Notes: a model not told the origin generated them from the letters alone. A DNA stretch of 64,000 bases from an uncultured Rhizobiaceae bacterium (GCA_964624055.1 CAZUXZ010000133.1:18722-82721), one strand, 5' to 3'. Numbered from the stretch's first letter, positions 20,836 through 31,693 are shown. Numbers and translations are program-made.

Positions 20836-22449
20836 ATGGCTCATAGTGAAGTAGGATACGGCGCCCACGCCGACCACCACGCGCCTCGCGGCATTACCCG
20901 TTGGCTTTATTCCACCAATCACAAAGACATCGGGACGATGTATCTAGTCTTTGCGATGATCTTTGGCGTGGTTGGCGCGGCACTTTCAATTCTAATGCGA
21001 GCGGAACTTTCATCGCCCGGCATGTCGATTTTTGCTGACAACCCGCATTATTTTAACGTCTTCGTGACCTCTCACGGTCTGATTATGGTGTTTTTCTTCG
21101 TCATGCCCGCATTTATTGGAGGTATGGGGAACTGGATGGTGCCGTTAATGATCGGTGCGCCTGATATGGCCTTCCCGCGAATGAACAACATAAGTTTTTG
21201 GCTCCTGGTCCCAGCCGGCGCTCTTTTGGTGGGTTCACTCTTCGTACCGAGTACGGCGGGCGGGGCGACCGGTGTCGGTGGCGGTTGGACAGTCTATGCG
21301 CCTCTATCGACCTACGGACAACCTGGTCCGGCAATGGACATGGCAATTTTTGCGCTGCATTTGGCAGGTGCTTCGTCAATCCTAGGCGCAATTAATTTTA
21401 TTACCACCATACTTAACATGCGTGCGCCGGGTATGACGTTGCACAAAATGCCACTCTTTTCCTGGTCGATCCTGGTCACCGCTTTCCTGCTCCTGCTCTC
21501 GTTACCGGTACTCGCAGGCGCAATTACCATGCTTTTGACAGATCGCAATGTAGGCACCACATTCTTTGACCCTGCAGGTGGTGGCGATCCCGTGCTGTTC
21601 CAGCACCTGTTCTGGTTCTTCGGCCATCCCGAAGTTTACATTCTCATTCTGCCGGGTTTTGGTATCGCGAGCCATATCATTTCGACCTTCTCCCGTAAGC
21701 CTGTATTCGGTTATCTCGGAATGGCCTACGCTATGGTAGCGATTGGCTTTATCGGTTTCGTTGTGTGGGCACACCACATGTATACGGTGGGTATGGATGT
21801 TAACACCCGCGCCTATTTTGTGGCCGCGACGATGGTTATTGCGGTGCCAACAGGCATTAAGATTTTCAGTTGGCTAGCTACCATGTGGGGCGGTTCAATC
21901 GAATTCAAAACACCCCTATTGTGGGTTTTAGGCTTTATCTTCTTGTTCACTGTTGGCGGCGTTACAGGGATTGTATTGGCTAACGCCGGCGTTGATATTG
22001 CGTTGCACGACACTTACTACGTTGTTGGTCATTTCCACTACACCATGGCGATTGCCGCTGCATTCCTAATTTTTGCAGGCTTTTACTATTGGTTGGGCAA
22101 AATGTGCGGCCGGCAATACCCAGAGATTTTGGGAAAGGCTCACTTTTGGATTACCTTCATCGGCGTCAATATGACGTTCTTCCCGATGCATTTTCTTGGC
22201 GCAGCTGGCATGCCGCGGCGCATCCCTGACTATCCGGACGCCTATGCGGGCTGGAATATGGTTGCCACCATCGGCTCCTATATATCTGCCGTGGGAATCG
22301 TAATGTTTCTCTTTATCGTTTTGTACACTCTTACCCGAGGCAAGAAGTGCGAGCCCAATCCTTGGGGCGAGGGCGCAGACACGTTAGAGTGGACTGTCGA
22401 TTCACCGGCGCCGTTCCATACTCACGAAGAGCTGCCACGCATCCGTTGA
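20836..22449 (+). CDS. ctaD: Cytochrome c oxidase subunit I
   Basis: 537 aa, 12-TM protein with a highly conserved COX1 sequence ([23 protein letters not shown]). Confidence 0.95.
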   Translation: MAHSEVGYGAHADHHAPRGITRWLYSTNHKDIGTMYLVFAMIFGVVGAALSILMRAELSSPGMSIFADNPHYFNVFVTSHGLIMVFFFVMPAFIGGMGNWMVPLMIGAPDMAFPRMNNISFWLLVPAGALLVGSLFVPSTAGGATGVGGGWTVYAPLSTYGQPGPAMDMAIFALHLAGASSILGAINFITTILNMRAPGMTLHKMPLFSWSILVTAFLLLLSLPVLAGAITMLLTDRNVGTTFFDPAGGGDPVLFQHLFWFFGHPEVYILILPGFGIASHIISTFSRKPVFGYLGMAYAMVAIGFIGFVVWAHHMYTVGMDVNTRAYFVAATMVIAVPTGIKIFSWLATMWGGSIEFKTPLLWVLGFIFLFTVGGVTGIVLANAGVDIALHDTYYVVGHFHYTMAIAAAFLIFAGFYYWLGKMCGRQYPEILGKAHFWITFIGVNMTFFPMHFLGAAGMPRRIPDYPDAYAGWNMVATIGSYISAVGIVMFLFIVLYTLTRGKKCEPNPWGEGADTLEWTVDSPAPFHTHEELPRIR

Positions 22450-22477
22450 TCGGATTGTACTGAAAGGCACTGAACAA

Positions 22478-23398
22478 GTGACGGCAATTGACTACACGGT
22501 AACCGGCGAGGAGCGGTCTAGGTATACCGAGGAGGTCGCGGTACGCGACTTTCTGGCGCTGCTTAAGCACCGTGTAATGTCACTGGTCGTGTTCACCGCT
22601 TTGGCAGGCATGCTGCTGGCGCCTGGAAGTCTACATCCGGTATTGGCTGTGGTGGCTATTCTCTGCGTTGCCGTAGGTGCGGGCGCATCGGGCGCAATCA
22701 ATATGTGGGTGGATCGGGATATTGATGCGCTTATGTCGCGTACACGGAACCGCCCGATCCCAGCCGGCCGGGTCGCTCCTAACGTTGCTCTCGGTTTTGG
22801 CATATCACTCGCGGTCGCCTCGGTCTCAATCATGGCGCTCGCGGTGAACGGCATGGCGGCAGGTTTATTAGCTTTTACAATCTTCTTTTATGTTGTTGTT
22901 TATTCAATCGTCCTAAAGCGCCGCACGCCGCAAAACATCGTTATTGGCGGTGCCGCCGGGGCATTTCCGCCGATGATAGGCTGGGCTGCCGTTGGCGGCG
23001 AGGTGGCTTGGGCGTCGGTTGTATTATTTGCCATTATTTTCCTGTGGACGCCGCCGCATTTTTGGGCGTTGGCGTTATATAAGCGTGGCGATTATGATAA
23101 AGCCGGTGTGCCCATGCTCCCGGTTGTTGCTGGAAGACGCACGACATCATGGCAGATTCTTGCTTATACGGTGGCACTTCTCCCAGTCACACTCGCGCCC
23201 TGTTTCATCGGTCTCTCCGGCGCGATCTATGGTGCTGGTGCGCTCGCTCTTGGGCTCATTTTCCTGGGCTATGCCGTTTCTGTGATCCGCGATGTTGGTG
23301 AGCGCAGCGCCCGACGCATGTTTCCCTTCTCAATCCTTTATCTCTTTTTGATCTTCGTGCTGCTGTTGGTCGATCAGAGTCTGCCCATCACGCTCTAG
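22478..23398 (+). CDS. ctaB: Protoheme IX farnesyltransferase (heme O synthase)
   Basis: UbiA-superfamily membrane protein in the cox operon, CyoE/CtaB-like. Confidence 0.9.
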   Translation: MTAIDYTVTGEERSRYTEEVAVRDFLALLKHRVMSLVVFTALAGMLLAPGSLHPVLAVVAILCVAVGAGASGAINMWVDRDIDALMSRTRNRPIPAGRVAPNVALGFGISLAVASVSIMALAVNGMAAGLLAFTIFFYVVVYSIVLKRRTPQNIVIGGAAGAFPPMIGWAAVGGEVAWASVVLFAIIFLWTPPHFWALALYKRGDYDKAGVPMLPVVAGRRTTSWQILAYTVALLPVTLAPCFIGLSGAIYGAGALALGLIFLGYAVSVIRDVGERSARRMFPFSILYLFLIFVLLLVDQSLPITL

Positions 23399-23402
23399 TC
23401 CA

Positions 23403-23534
23403 ATGCCTAACGCCACGCCTGACAAGGAATATCACCGCCGCCGCCGATGGAAGAACTATGCCCTCGCTGGTGTGTTACTAGGCTTGGTGGTGCTGTTCTT
23501 CTTTATTACCCTGGCGCGTATGGGAGGCGGTTGA
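23403..23534 (+). CDS. Small membrane protein, CoxF-like (43 aa; absent from the ORF track because it is under 60 aa)
   Basis: ATG at 23403 and stop at 23532-23534, encoding MPNATPDKEYHRRRRWKNYALAGVLLGLVVLFFFITLARMGGG (basic N-terminus plus one TM helix). It sits between ctaB and ctaG in the position of coxF in alphaproteobacterial coxBAEFGC operons. It is packed tightly (5 nt after ctaB, 1 nt before ctaG). Confidence 0.55.
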   Translation: MPNATPDKEYHRRRRWKNYALAGVLLGLVVLFFFITLARMGGG

Positions 23535-23535
23535 T

Positions 23536-24138
23536 ATGGGAGGCTCCCTCAGACGCAAACGTTTGACTCTGGTTGTCCTGGGCGGCGTGGTGTTCGGTAT
23601 GATCGGTCTCTCTTTTGCCGCAGTACCGCTCTACGATTTGTTCTGCCGGGTAACCGGCTTCGGTGGCACGACGCAGACCGCTGAGCAACCGCCGACCGAG
23701 GTTGGCGATCGGGTGGTTACGGTACAGTTTAATTCGGACGTGTCTAGCGATGTACCCTGGCGTTTCAAGCCAATTCAGCGCGAGATCAGCCTGCGCGTCG
23801 GAGAGGTTGGTCTAGCCTTTTATAGAGCGATCAATGAATCCAATCGAACTGTACTAGGTACGGCAACTTTCAATGTAACTCCGCAAAAGGCGGGTGTCTA
23901 TTTTACCAAAATTGATTGTTTTTGCTTTGAGGAGCAACTGCTTAGGCCTGGTGAAAGTGCGGATCTGCCTGTCACCTTTTTCGTCGACCCAGAAATCGTG
24001 GATGATCATAATTTGGATGACGTCAAGACGATCACCCTTTCCTATACCTTTTTTGACCAAGGTGAGGAAATCTTGGAAGATTATCTGGTTGAGAAGGCGC
24101 AACTTGCAAGTCGCGAACGCGTAACGAAACGAAACTGA
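23536..24138 (+). CDS. ctaG: Cytochrome c oxidase assembly protein CtaG/Cox11
   Basis: N-terminal TM helix and a Cox11 copper-chaperone domain (CFCF motif), 200 aa. Confidence 0.9.
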   Translation: MGGSLRRKRLTLVVLGGVVFGMIGLSFAAVPLYDLFCRVTGFGGTTQTAEQPPTEVGDRVVTVQFNSDVSSDVPWRFKPIQREISLRVGEVGLAFYRAINESNRTVLGTATFNVTPQKAGVYFTKIDCFCFEEQLLRPGESADLPVTFFVDPEIVDDHNLDDVKTITLSYTFFDQGEEILEDYLVEKAQLASRERVTKRN

Positions 24139-24191
24139 AATGGAATCAGCCCAATCCCTACGAAGGTCCGACTGGACCGCGGAGTGACGAT

Positions 24192-24992
24192 ATGAGCGAC
24201 ACGACACATACTAACGGCCACGATTATCATATGGTCAAGCCGAGCCCCTGGCCGGTTCTTGGAGCGTTGGCGGGCGGCACTCTGTTGGGAGGCTCGATCC
24301 TTTATTTCCATGGTGACCAAATTTGGCTGATGTGTATCGGTTTAGCGCTGACGCTGGCCACTATGTATTTCTGGTGGCGTGACGTGATCCGCGAAGCGAC
24401 TGATGAAGGTGCCCATAATCCGGTTGTAACTCGAGGCCTGCGGTTCGGCATGGTCCTCTTCATCGCTTCTGAGGTTATGTTCTTCGCCGCATTCTTCTGG
24501 GCGTTCTTCAACGCCTCAATCATGCCGCCAGAGACCATCGAATTTACTTGGCCGCCTCCAGGGGTTGATACGATGTATCCCTGGGATTTGCCGCTGATCA
24601 ATACCATCATATTGTTAACTTCAGGTGTGACGTGTACATGGGCGCATCACGCGCTAAAGCACAACAATCGTAAGCATCTGATCGCCGGTTTGGCTCTGAC
24701 TGTTCTTCTTGGCGTGATCTTTCTATGCGTTCAAGGCTATGAATATGCTCATGCGCATTTCGCATTCCGCGACGGCATTTATTCCTCCACCTTCTTCATG
24801 GCGACCGGCTTCCACGGTTTCCATGTCACCGTCGGTGCGATCTTCCTGGGTGTTTGTCTGTGGCGCGCGATGAAGGGTCATTTTAAACCGGAGCAACATA
24901 TCGGCTTCGAGGCAGCGGCCTGGTATTGGCACTTTGTTGACGTCGTCTGGCTGTTTCTCTTCGTATGGGTATATTGGTGGGGCGGCGCGTAA
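24192..24992 (+). CDS. ctaE: Cytochrome c oxidase subunit III
   Basis: 7-TM COX3 protein, 266 aa, with conserved COX3 motifs. Confidence 0.9.
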   Translation: MSDTTHTNGHDYHMVKPSPWPVLGALAGGTLLGGSILYFHGDQIWLMCIGLALTLATMYFWWRDVIREATDEGAHNPVVTRGLRFGMVLFIASEVMFFAAFFWAFFNASIMPPETIEFTWPPPGVDTMYPWDLPLINTIILLTSGVTCTWAHHALKHNNRKHLIAGLALTVLLGVIFLCVQGYEYAHAHFAFRDGIYSSTFFMATGFHGFHVTVGAIFLGVCLWRAMKGHFKPEQHIGFEAAAWYWHFVDVVWLFLFVWVYWWGGA

Positions 24993-25102
24993 GCGTTTTC
25001 TACTTCCAGCGCTGCATTGATTGCCGCGTCGCAAACCCAAAGTTTCAAGGTGCCTGCGAATTCCGGAGGGGGCTCGCGGGCATCGCCATTCTGGCCTAGG
25101 AT

Positions 25103-25522
25103 ATGCCGCCCGCGCCGGGTATCGACTATTGGAGATTTCGCAAATACATGGCTGAAACGCCGAATCATTCCGTCTCCGCGTTGCGTGCCGGCCTATTGTG
25201 CTGCTGTCCCGAATACGGTAACGGGCGGCTTTATTCGGGCTATTTGCAAGTCGTCGAGAGCCGCAATGTTTGTGGTTTTGCACTCAGAAAACACGATACC
25301 GGCGACGGTCCAGCGGGCTTCGTGGTGCTTATTTTCGGTGCCGTCACTGTCGCCTTGGCGATGTGGGTCGAGCTCGCCTATCAGCCACCCTATTGGGTGC
25401 ACCTCATGATCTGGGCACCTACAATTCTCGTCGCCTGCCTTGCGACGCTACGGCCGGCCAAGGCGATTCTGGTCGCGCTCCACTACAAACACAAGGTTTT
25501 GGATTTTGACCAAAGTTCCTGA
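25103..25522 (+). CDS. DUF983 domain protein (cox-operon associated)
   Basis: Cys-containing N-terminus (CCCPEYGNGRLYSGYL) followed by two TM helices, typical of DUF983 proteins downstream of coxC. An alternative start is the ATG at 25148 (MAETPNHS). Confidence 0.65.
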   Translation: MPPAPGIDYWRFRKYMAETPNHSVSALRAGLLCCCPEYGNGRLYSGYLQVVESRNVCGFALRKHDTGDGPAGFVVLIFGAVTVALAMWVELAYQPPYWVHLMIWAPTILVACLATLRPAKAILVALHYKHKVLDFDQSS

Positions 25523-26246
25523 GACATCCCTCCCTCGCGCCCGCCGGTGGATCGTGTTTGTAGCTATCCCGGGCGTTCTGATTTTGCTGGCACTGGGTTC
25601 TTGGCAGGTGCATCGCCTAGTTTGGAAGAACAACGTGAACGAATTTCGCCAGGTGCAGTCCCAATCTGAGGCAATCGCTCTACCGAGCCACTTGGCGGAT
25701 GTTGAGGCCATGCTCTATCGACCGGTCTGGTTTGACGGAGCGTTCCACCACGATCAGGAAATGTATCTTGGCGCACGCTCCTACAACGGCAATCCTGGTT
25801 ATCATGTAATTACCCCGTTTGAGCGCGCCGACGGTGGCGGTGTGTTGCTTGTTAATCGCGGCTGGGTTCCACCCGACCGCAAGGGTCCAGCGCGCCGGGC
25901 CGATGGACAGATCGCCGGTCAGGTGCGCATCGAAGGCCTTCTTACCAGTAGCAACATCCCCGGATGGCTGACACCGGAGAATGTGCCAGAGGAGAATTTT
26001 TGGTATTGGGTCGATCTGCCCTCTCTTTATCGCCAAGCTGGTCTTGTGCCGCTTGATTATCTCGTCGACGCCGGCCCGACGGTGAATCCTGGAGGCTATC
26101 CTATCGGCGGGCAGACGAAAACTGAGCTCCGAAACGAGCACTTGCAATATGCCGTTATCTGGTTTGCGCTCGCCGTGTGCCTTTTGGGCATTACCTATCT
26201 GATGTTGCACGGCGCGAGGCAAAAGAAAGTGGAAACCGGCTCTTGA
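25506..26246 (+). CDS. SURF1 family cytochrome oxidase biogenesis protein
   Basis: SURF1 topology (N-terminal TM with LGSWQVHRLVWK, C-terminal TM). The track ORF starts at 25440. The likely start is TTG at 25506 (LTKVPETSLPRARRW), overlapping the DUF983 stop. Confidence 0.8.
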   Translation: MTKVPETSLPRARRWIVFVAIPGVLILLALGSWQVHRLVWKNNVNEFRQVQSQSEAIALPSHLADVEAMLYRPVWFDGAFHHDQEMYLGARSYNGNPGYHVITPFERADGGGVLLVNRGWVPPDRKGPARRADGQIAGQVRIEGLLTSSNIPGWLTPENVPEENFWYWVDLPSLYRQAGLVPLDYLVDAGPTVNPGGYPIGGQTKTELRNEHLQYAVIWFALAVCLLGITYLMLHGARQKKVETGS

Positions 26247-27739
26247 GTGCCTATCGACAGCTGGAAGAGCGTTTCGACCGCCTCGGTAATTTGAGCGGAG
26301 CGACTGCGGTGCTGCAGTGGGACTGGGCCGCCATCATGCCGACCGGTGGCGCTGAGGCGCGCGCCCGTCAGCTTTCCGAACTTGACCTCATTCGACATGA
26401 AATCATCACGGACGCGCGCCTTGCCGATTTGCTCTGCGAGGCGGAATCGACGCGCGAAGCGCTAGACCCCTGGCAAAATGCAAATCTTACCGAGATGCGC
26501 CACCGCTGGGCGCATGCCAACGCCCTCCCCGCCGATTTGGTGGCGGCGCTCAGCGCGGCCACTTCGGAATGTGAACTTGTCTGGCGCAGCGCGCGTGCGT
26601 CTAGCGATTATCCGGCTTTTCAAAAGGCTTTTGAGCCTCTGCTTGCCTTGGTGCGCGAAAAGTCGGCCGCAAAATCGACGGCGCTCGGCCTGAGCAACTA
26701 TGATGCCTTGATTGATGGCTACGATCCCGGTTTCACGTGCGCTGAGATCGACATTATTTTTGCGGATCTCGCGGCGTTTCTCCCTGCTTTCTTAGGCGAG
26801 GTATTGGAGAAGCAGGGTGCGACGCTTGCACCGGTCGTGCCTGAGGGTCCGTTCCCCCTAGACAAGCAGCGCGCTCTCTCCTGCACCCTGATGGACCGGA
26901 TCGGTTTCGATTTTGAACATGGTCGCCTGGATGAGAGCCACCATCCGTTCTGTGGCGGCATCTCGGAAGATGTACGCATCACCACGCGCTATGACGAGGC
27001 GGATTTCACCTCTTCCCTTATGGCGGTGCTTCACGAAACTGGCCATGCAGTCTACGAGCGCGGTCTGCCTCGCAAGTGGTGCACTCAACCGGTCGGTGAA
27101 GCACGCAGTATGAGTCTGCATGAGAGCCAATCGCTGCTGATGGAGATGCAGGTCTGCCGCGGCAGCGAGTTTTTCCGATTCGTCGCGCCCCTGATACGCG
27201 AGGCTTTTGGCGCGGCGGATGCTGATACTGCTTTTGCGTCCGACAACCTCCACCAACTGGCGCTTTGCGTAGAGCCGGGTCTCATCCGCGTCGATGCTGA
27301 CGAGGTGACCTATCCGGCCCACGTCATGCTGCGCTATCATCTGGAAAAGGCGATGATCGCCGGCGACTTGCAAGCTGCAGATTTGCCTGGCGCCTGGAGC
27401 GAGGGAATGCTCGAGTTTCTCGGCCTAACGCCAGAGACCGATAGCGACGGCTGCCTACAGGATATACACTGGGCGGCTGGCGAGATCGGCTATTTTCCGA
27501 GCTATACACTGGGTGCGCTGATCGCGGCGCAACTCTTCTCCAGCGCGCGCACCCAACTCACGGATATTGGAGACGAGCTCGCCGGTGGCGAGTTCCAGGG
27601 TCTGCTTGCCTGGCTTGGAGATAAGGTACACAGCCAGGCATCGCGTTATTCCAGCCATGAGCTGATAGAACGCGCCACTGGCCGCCCCCTTGGGATAGAT
27701 GCCTTCAAGGCTCATCTTGAGGCGCGCTATCTTGCCTGA
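26243..27739 (+). CDS. Carboxypeptidase Taq-like metallopeptidase (M32 family)
   Basis: HEXXH motif VLHETGHAVYE and HESQS motif. The N-terminus aligns with M32 starts from about SAYRQLEERF. I propose a TTG start at 26243 embedded in the SURF1 TGA stop (TTGA). The track ATG at 26177 would overlap SURF1 by 69 nt. Confidence 0.8.
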   Translation: MSAYRQLEERFDRLGNLSGATAVLQWDWAAIMPTGGAEARARQLSELDLIRHEIITDARLADLLCEAESTREALDPWQNANLTEMRHRWAHANALPADLVAALSAATSECELVWRSARASSDYPAFQKAFEPLLALVREKSAAKSTALGLSNYDALIDGYDPGFTCAEIDIIFADLAAFLPAFLGEVLEKQGATLAPVVPEGPFPLDKQRALSCTLMDRIGFDFEHGRLDESHHPFCGGISEDVRITTRYDEADFTSSLMAVLHETGHAVYERGLPRKWCTQPVGEARSMSLHESQSLLMEMQVCRGSEFFRFVAPLIREAFGAADADTAFASDNLHQLALCVEPGLIRVDADEVTYPAHVMLRYHLEKAMIAGDLQAADLPGAWSEGMLEFLGLTPETDSDGCLQDIHWAAGEIGYFPSYTLGALIAAQLFSSARTQLTDIGDELAGGEFQGLLAWLGDKVHSQASRYSSHELIERATGRPLGIDAFKAHLEARYLA

Positions 27740-27823
27740 GCCTCGCTTGGGGTTGGGTTGCCCGGGAGGCGGCGCGGCGTATAGTCTAGCTATCTGTTTA
27801 ATAATGCCTGAGAGTCGTCGCTC

Positions 27824-29239
27824 ATGCGTTACATAAGTACGCGCCGCACGGATGATGTGGGCGCGACGTTCGAGGACGTACTGCTCTCCGGGCTCGCGCG
27901 CGACGGCGGATTGTTCGTACCGGAAAGCTGGCCCGCGCCCTTTTCGACCGCTGAGATCGAACAGCTTGCGGCTCTAGACTATCCCGGCCTCGCTGTGCGT
28001 TTGACTGATCGCTTCGTCGGCGATGTTATCGATACCGATACGCTCAAACGCATGGCGCGGGAATGTTATGCCACTTTTGGTCATCCGGCGACAGCGCCAC
28101 TTACTCAGATCGGCTCTAGCCTATGGCTGATGGAGCTCTTTCACGGTCCCACACTATCGTTCAAAGATTACGCCCTGCAATTAGTCGCTCGATTGTTCGA
28201 TTATGTGGTGGCGAAGCGTGGCCAGAAACTGACTATCCTCGGCGCGACCTCTGGCGATACGGGTTCCGCCGCAATTGAGGCTTGCCGAGGGCGCAAGAAT
28301 CTTTCCATCGTTATTCTCCATCCGGCGGGCCGGGTTTCGGAAGTGCAGCGCCGGCAAATGACCACTGTGGATGCATCCAATGTTCACAATATCGCTGTCG
28401 AGGGCACTTTCGACGATTGTCAGGCTCTGGTGAAGGCCGCCTTCGGCGATCTTGCTTTCCGCGATGCCAACAATCTAGCGGCAGTCAATTCGATCAACTG
28501 GGCGCGGATCATGGCGCAGACAGTCTATTACGCTTACGCTGCGCTCGCCCTCGGCACCGCGGCCAGGCCGGCGCGCTTCGTGGTGCCGACGGGGAATTTT
28601 GGCAATGTCTATTCCGGCTATGTCGCGGCCAAGCTTGGTTTTCCTATTTCTGGCATGCATATTGCGACCAATGCCAACGATATTCTCGCTCGTTTCTTCG
28701 CCGGTGCTGGCTACCGCAAGAGCAACGTCATTGCTAGCATCAGTCCGAGCATGGACATTCAGGTGGCGAGCAATTTCGAACGCCTTCTCTTTGATCTGTA
28801 TGACCAGGACGGTGCCGAAGTGAGGGCGCTGATTGCCGATTTGGAAACCAACGGCGGCTTTGATGTATCGGCCGACAAGCTCGCGGTGGCGCGCCAACAG
28901 TTCACTGCGCTCCGCGTTGAAGATGCGCAAGCACTTAAATGCATGGCACGCACCTGGCGGCAATGCGGCATTTTGATAGACCCGCATAGCGCCGCTGGTC
29001 TCGCTGCCGCTGAAGACGACATGGACCATACTCCGACAATTTGTCTTGCTACCGCTCATCCAGCGAAATTTCCCGATTCGGTAGAGCGGGCGACGAGCGT
29101 CCGCCCCGATTTGCCAACAGCGCTCGCCGATCTCTTGCAGCGTCCCGAGCGGGTTATTCGATTGCCCAATGATTTAGCTGCAGTAAAGGAAGTCGTTGCC
29201 CTGGCGGCGACGAGTCATAAGGAGGGGAAGGTCGAGTGA
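27824..29239 (+). CDS. thrC: Threonine synthase
   Basis: 471 aa, PLP-dependent fold-type II, ThrC N-terminus (MRYISTRRTDDVGATFEDVLLSGLARDGGLFVP) and a lysine motif (SFKDYALQ). Confidence 0.9.
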   Translation: MRYISTRRTDDVGATFEDVLLSGLARDGGLFVPESWPAPFSTAEIEQLAALDYPGLAVRLTDRFVGDVIDTDTLKRMARECYATFGHPATAPLTQIGSSLWLMELFHGPTLSFKDYALQLVARLFDYVVAKRGQKLTILGATSGDTGSAAIEACRGRKNLSIVILHPAGRVSEVQRRQMTTVDASNVHNIAVEGTFDDCQALVKAAFGDLAFRDANNLAAVNSINWARIMAQTVYYAYAALALGTAARPARFVVPTGNFGNVYSGYVAAKLGFPISGMHIATNANDILARFFAGAGYRKSNVIASISPSMDIQVASNFERLLFDLYDQDGAEVRALIADLETNGGFDVSADKLAVARQQFTALRVEDAQALKCMARTWRQCGILIDPHSAAGLAAAEDDMDHTPTICLATAHPAKFPDSVERATSVRPDLPTALADLLQRPERVIRLPNDLAAVKEVVALAATSHKEGKVE

Positions 29240-30495
29240 CGACACGGGTTTCTACCTTGGCGAATGGTCTTCGTATCGTTAGTGAGGACATGCCACAATT
29301 TCAGACCGCTTCGGTTGGCGTCTGGGTTGATGTCGGTGCGCGATATGAAAGCGCCGAGAATAATGGCGTTTCTCATCTCCTGGAGCATATGGCCTTTAAG
29401 GGTACAAAGCGACGCAGCGCGCTTGCCATCGCTGAGGAGATCGAAGCGGTGGGCGGCCATGTCAACGCCTATACCTCGCGCGAGCAAACCGCCTATTACG
29501 CCAAGGTGATGAAAGAAGATGTTGCGTTGGCGGTCGATATCCTCGCCGATATCCTGCAGCATTCGACTTTTGCCAAGGAGGAGTTGGAGCGGGAGCGCGC
29601 GGTTGTGATCCAGGAGATCGCTCAGGCTCACGATACCCCGGACGATGCAGTGTTCGATCAGTTTCAAGAGACCGTTTATCCGAACCAGCCTCTTGGCCGC
29701 TCGATTCTCGGCCCGGCGGTGCAGGTGGAAAATTATTCGCGCCAGGTGTTGGCTGATTATATGGAGCGGCATTATAGCGCCGGGCGCATGGTCGTCGTCG
29801 GCACCGGAAGGCTCGATCACGAACGGTTGGTGGAACTCGTGGTGGAAGCCTTTAACTCTCTGTCGGGAATCAACGCGACGACCGGACTTCAAGCCGATTA
29901 TCAGGGAGGCGATTCGCGCGTTGCCCGGGAACTCGAACAATCGCATCTCGTGCTCGGCTTTGACGGGATTGCATATACAGATGCGGATTTCTACACCGCG
30001 CAGCTGCTCTCGACGCTTTTGGGCGGCGGCATGTCATCGCGGCTCTTTCAGGAAATCCGCGAGCGACGGGGCCTGGCTTACACCGTCTTCTCTTTCTCCT
30101 CGTCTTATACTGACGGTGGCGTGTTCGGCGTATATTGCGGCACCAGTCCTGACAAGCTATCCGAGTTGACACCGGTGATCGCCGACGAATTGCATAAGGT
30201 TTGCGGCGCCGTTACGCCGGAGGAGGTCGCGCGTGCTCGCGCCCAGCTCAAGGCAGGTCTGCTTATGTCCCTCGAATCGAGCTCATCTCGCTGCGAGCGT
30301 CTTGGGCGGCATATGTTGATCTTTGGACGCGCCATTCCGATAGACGAAATGGTGGAGGAGATCAATGCCATTGAGGCGGATGATGTCGTGCGGGTCGCGG
30401 CGCGTATTTTGGGCGGCAGTCGGCCTAGCCTTGCCGCTCTCGGGCCGATTGGGGGGCTTGAAAATTATGAACGTTTGGCGGCGCGCTTCGGCTAA
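29236..30495 (+). CDS. M16 family zinc peptidase (pitrilysin/processing-protease-like)
   Basis: Inverted zinc motif HLLEHMAFKGT near the N-terminus, 419 aa. There is a 4-nt overlap with thrC. Confidence 0.85.
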   Translation: MTTRVSTLANGLRIVSEDMPQFQTASVGVWVDVGARYESAENNGVSHLLEHMAFKGTKRRSALAIAEEIEAVGGHVNAYTSREQTAYYAKVMKEDVALAVDILADILQHSTFAKEELERERAVVIQEIAQAHDTPDDAVFDQFQETVYPNQPLGRSILGPAVQVENYSRQVLADYMERHYSAGRMVVVGTGRLDHERLVELVVEAFNSLSGINATTGLQADYQGGDSRVARELEQSHLVLGFDGIAYTDADFYTAQLLSTLLGGGMSSRLFQEIRERRGLAYTVFSFSSSYTDGGVFGVYCGTSPDKLSELTPVIADELHKVCGAVTPEEVARARAQLKAGLLMSLESSSSRCERLGRHMLIFGRAIPIDEMVEEINAIEADDVVRVAARILGGSRPSLAALGPIGGLENYERLAARFG

Positions 30496-31088
30496 TGTCG
30501 GTACTGCATACATCACGTTCTGAGCGAGACAAATTACATCTCCTTGGTCCCAATGTGCGGGTACGTCCTCCGGAAGGTCGGGATTGGCAGGCCTGGGCCG
30601 AGCTGCGCACCGCGTCGCGCAATTTTCTTGTTTCCTGGGAGCCGGCTTGGACGAGCGATGCTCATAGCCGTGCCACCTACCGCCGCCGTCTGCGCCGTCA
30701 ACAGCGTGACGCAAACGACGATTTGAGCTACGCCTATTTCCTTATTCGGCGTACGGACGAGGCGCTGATGGGCGGCATTACCTTGAGCAACGTGCAGCGC
30801 GGCGTGGCGCAGAGTTGCAGTGTTGGATATTGGATCGGTGAGTCCTTCGCCGGCGACGGTTATATGACCGAAGGCCTCACCTGTGTGTTAGAGCACTGTT
30901 TCTCAGTTCTCGCGTTGCACCGGGTCGAGGCAGCCTGCATGCCAAATAATGATGCCAGCCAGGCGCTCCTAAAGCGCTGCGGCTTTCGCCGCGAGGGCTA
31001 TGCGCGAAAATATCTTAAGATCAACGGTTCTTGGCGCGACCATCTTCTGTTTGCGATGATCGCTGACGATCGCCGCCGGTCCGACTGA
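30495..31088 (+). CDS. GNAT family N-acetyltransferase (RimJ/RimL-like)
   Basis: GNAT acetyl-CoA-binding region (GYWIGESFAGDGYMTEG), 197 aa. Its start overlaps the stop of the previous gene by 1 nt. Confidence 0.75.
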   Translation: MSVLHTSRSERDKLHLLGPNVRVRPPEGRDWQAWAELRTASRNFLVSWEPAWTSDAHSRATYRRRLRRQQRDANDDLSYAYFLIRRTDEALMGGITLSNVQRGVAQSCSVGYWIGESFAGDGYMTEGLTCVLEHCFSVLALHRVEAACMPNNDASQALLKRCGFRREGYARKYLKINGSWRDHLLFAMIADDRRRSD

Positions 31089-31093
31089 CAAGT

Positions 31094-31693
31094 TCATGCA
31101 TGGCCGACTTCGACCGAGAGGTTGGAAATATCCACACCGAGCCGGGCGACAGCTGACTTCCACTTCGAGTCGTTTTGCAAATGGAAGACTACTTCTTCAT
31201 CGGCCGGTACGGTTAACCAGCCATTGTTCTGAATTTCTTCGTCGAGCTGACCCGGGGCCCAGCCGGCATAACCGAGCGCGAGCAGACTGTCGCGCGGCCC
31301 CTTGCCTTCCGCTAGTGCTTTGAGTATATCCACCGTCGCCGTCAGAGCGAACTCGTCATCAATCACCATGGTTGCGTCATGCATATAGTCCGAGGAGTGC
31401 AGCACAAAGCCCCGGGCCGCCTCTACCGGACCACCGAAATGCACCCGGATGAGATCGTCTGCAGTTTCCATTTCGATCTGCAGGTGGTCGAGCAATTCAG
31501 AGAAGCTCAGCGATTCGAGCGGCTTGTTGACGACGATCCCCATCGCACCCTCTTCCGAATGGGCGCACAAATAGATCACCGACCGCTCGAACCTCGGATC
31601 CGGCATGGTCGGCATGGCCACAAGAAGCTGGCCTTCGAAATAAGATGATGGCGCCGTCATGGGTTTGTTCCGGGCCCGATCCATTGCGATCAA
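31094..31693 (-). CDS. YqgE/AlgH family protein (UPF0301)
   Basis: N-terminal GQLLVAMPTMPDPRFERSVIYLCAHSEEGAMGIVVNKP is the hallmark of YqgE/AlgH. Confidence 0.85.
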   Translation of the reverse strand: MIAMDRARNKPMTAPSSYFEGQLLVAMPTMPDPRFERSVIYLCAHSEEGAMGIVVNKPLESLSFSELLDHLQIEMETADDLIRVHFGGPVEAARGFVLHSSDYMHDATMVIDDEFALTATVDILKALAEGKGPRDSLLALGYAGWAPGQLDEEIQNNGWLTVPADEEVVFHLQNDSKWKSAVARLGVDISNLSVEVGHA

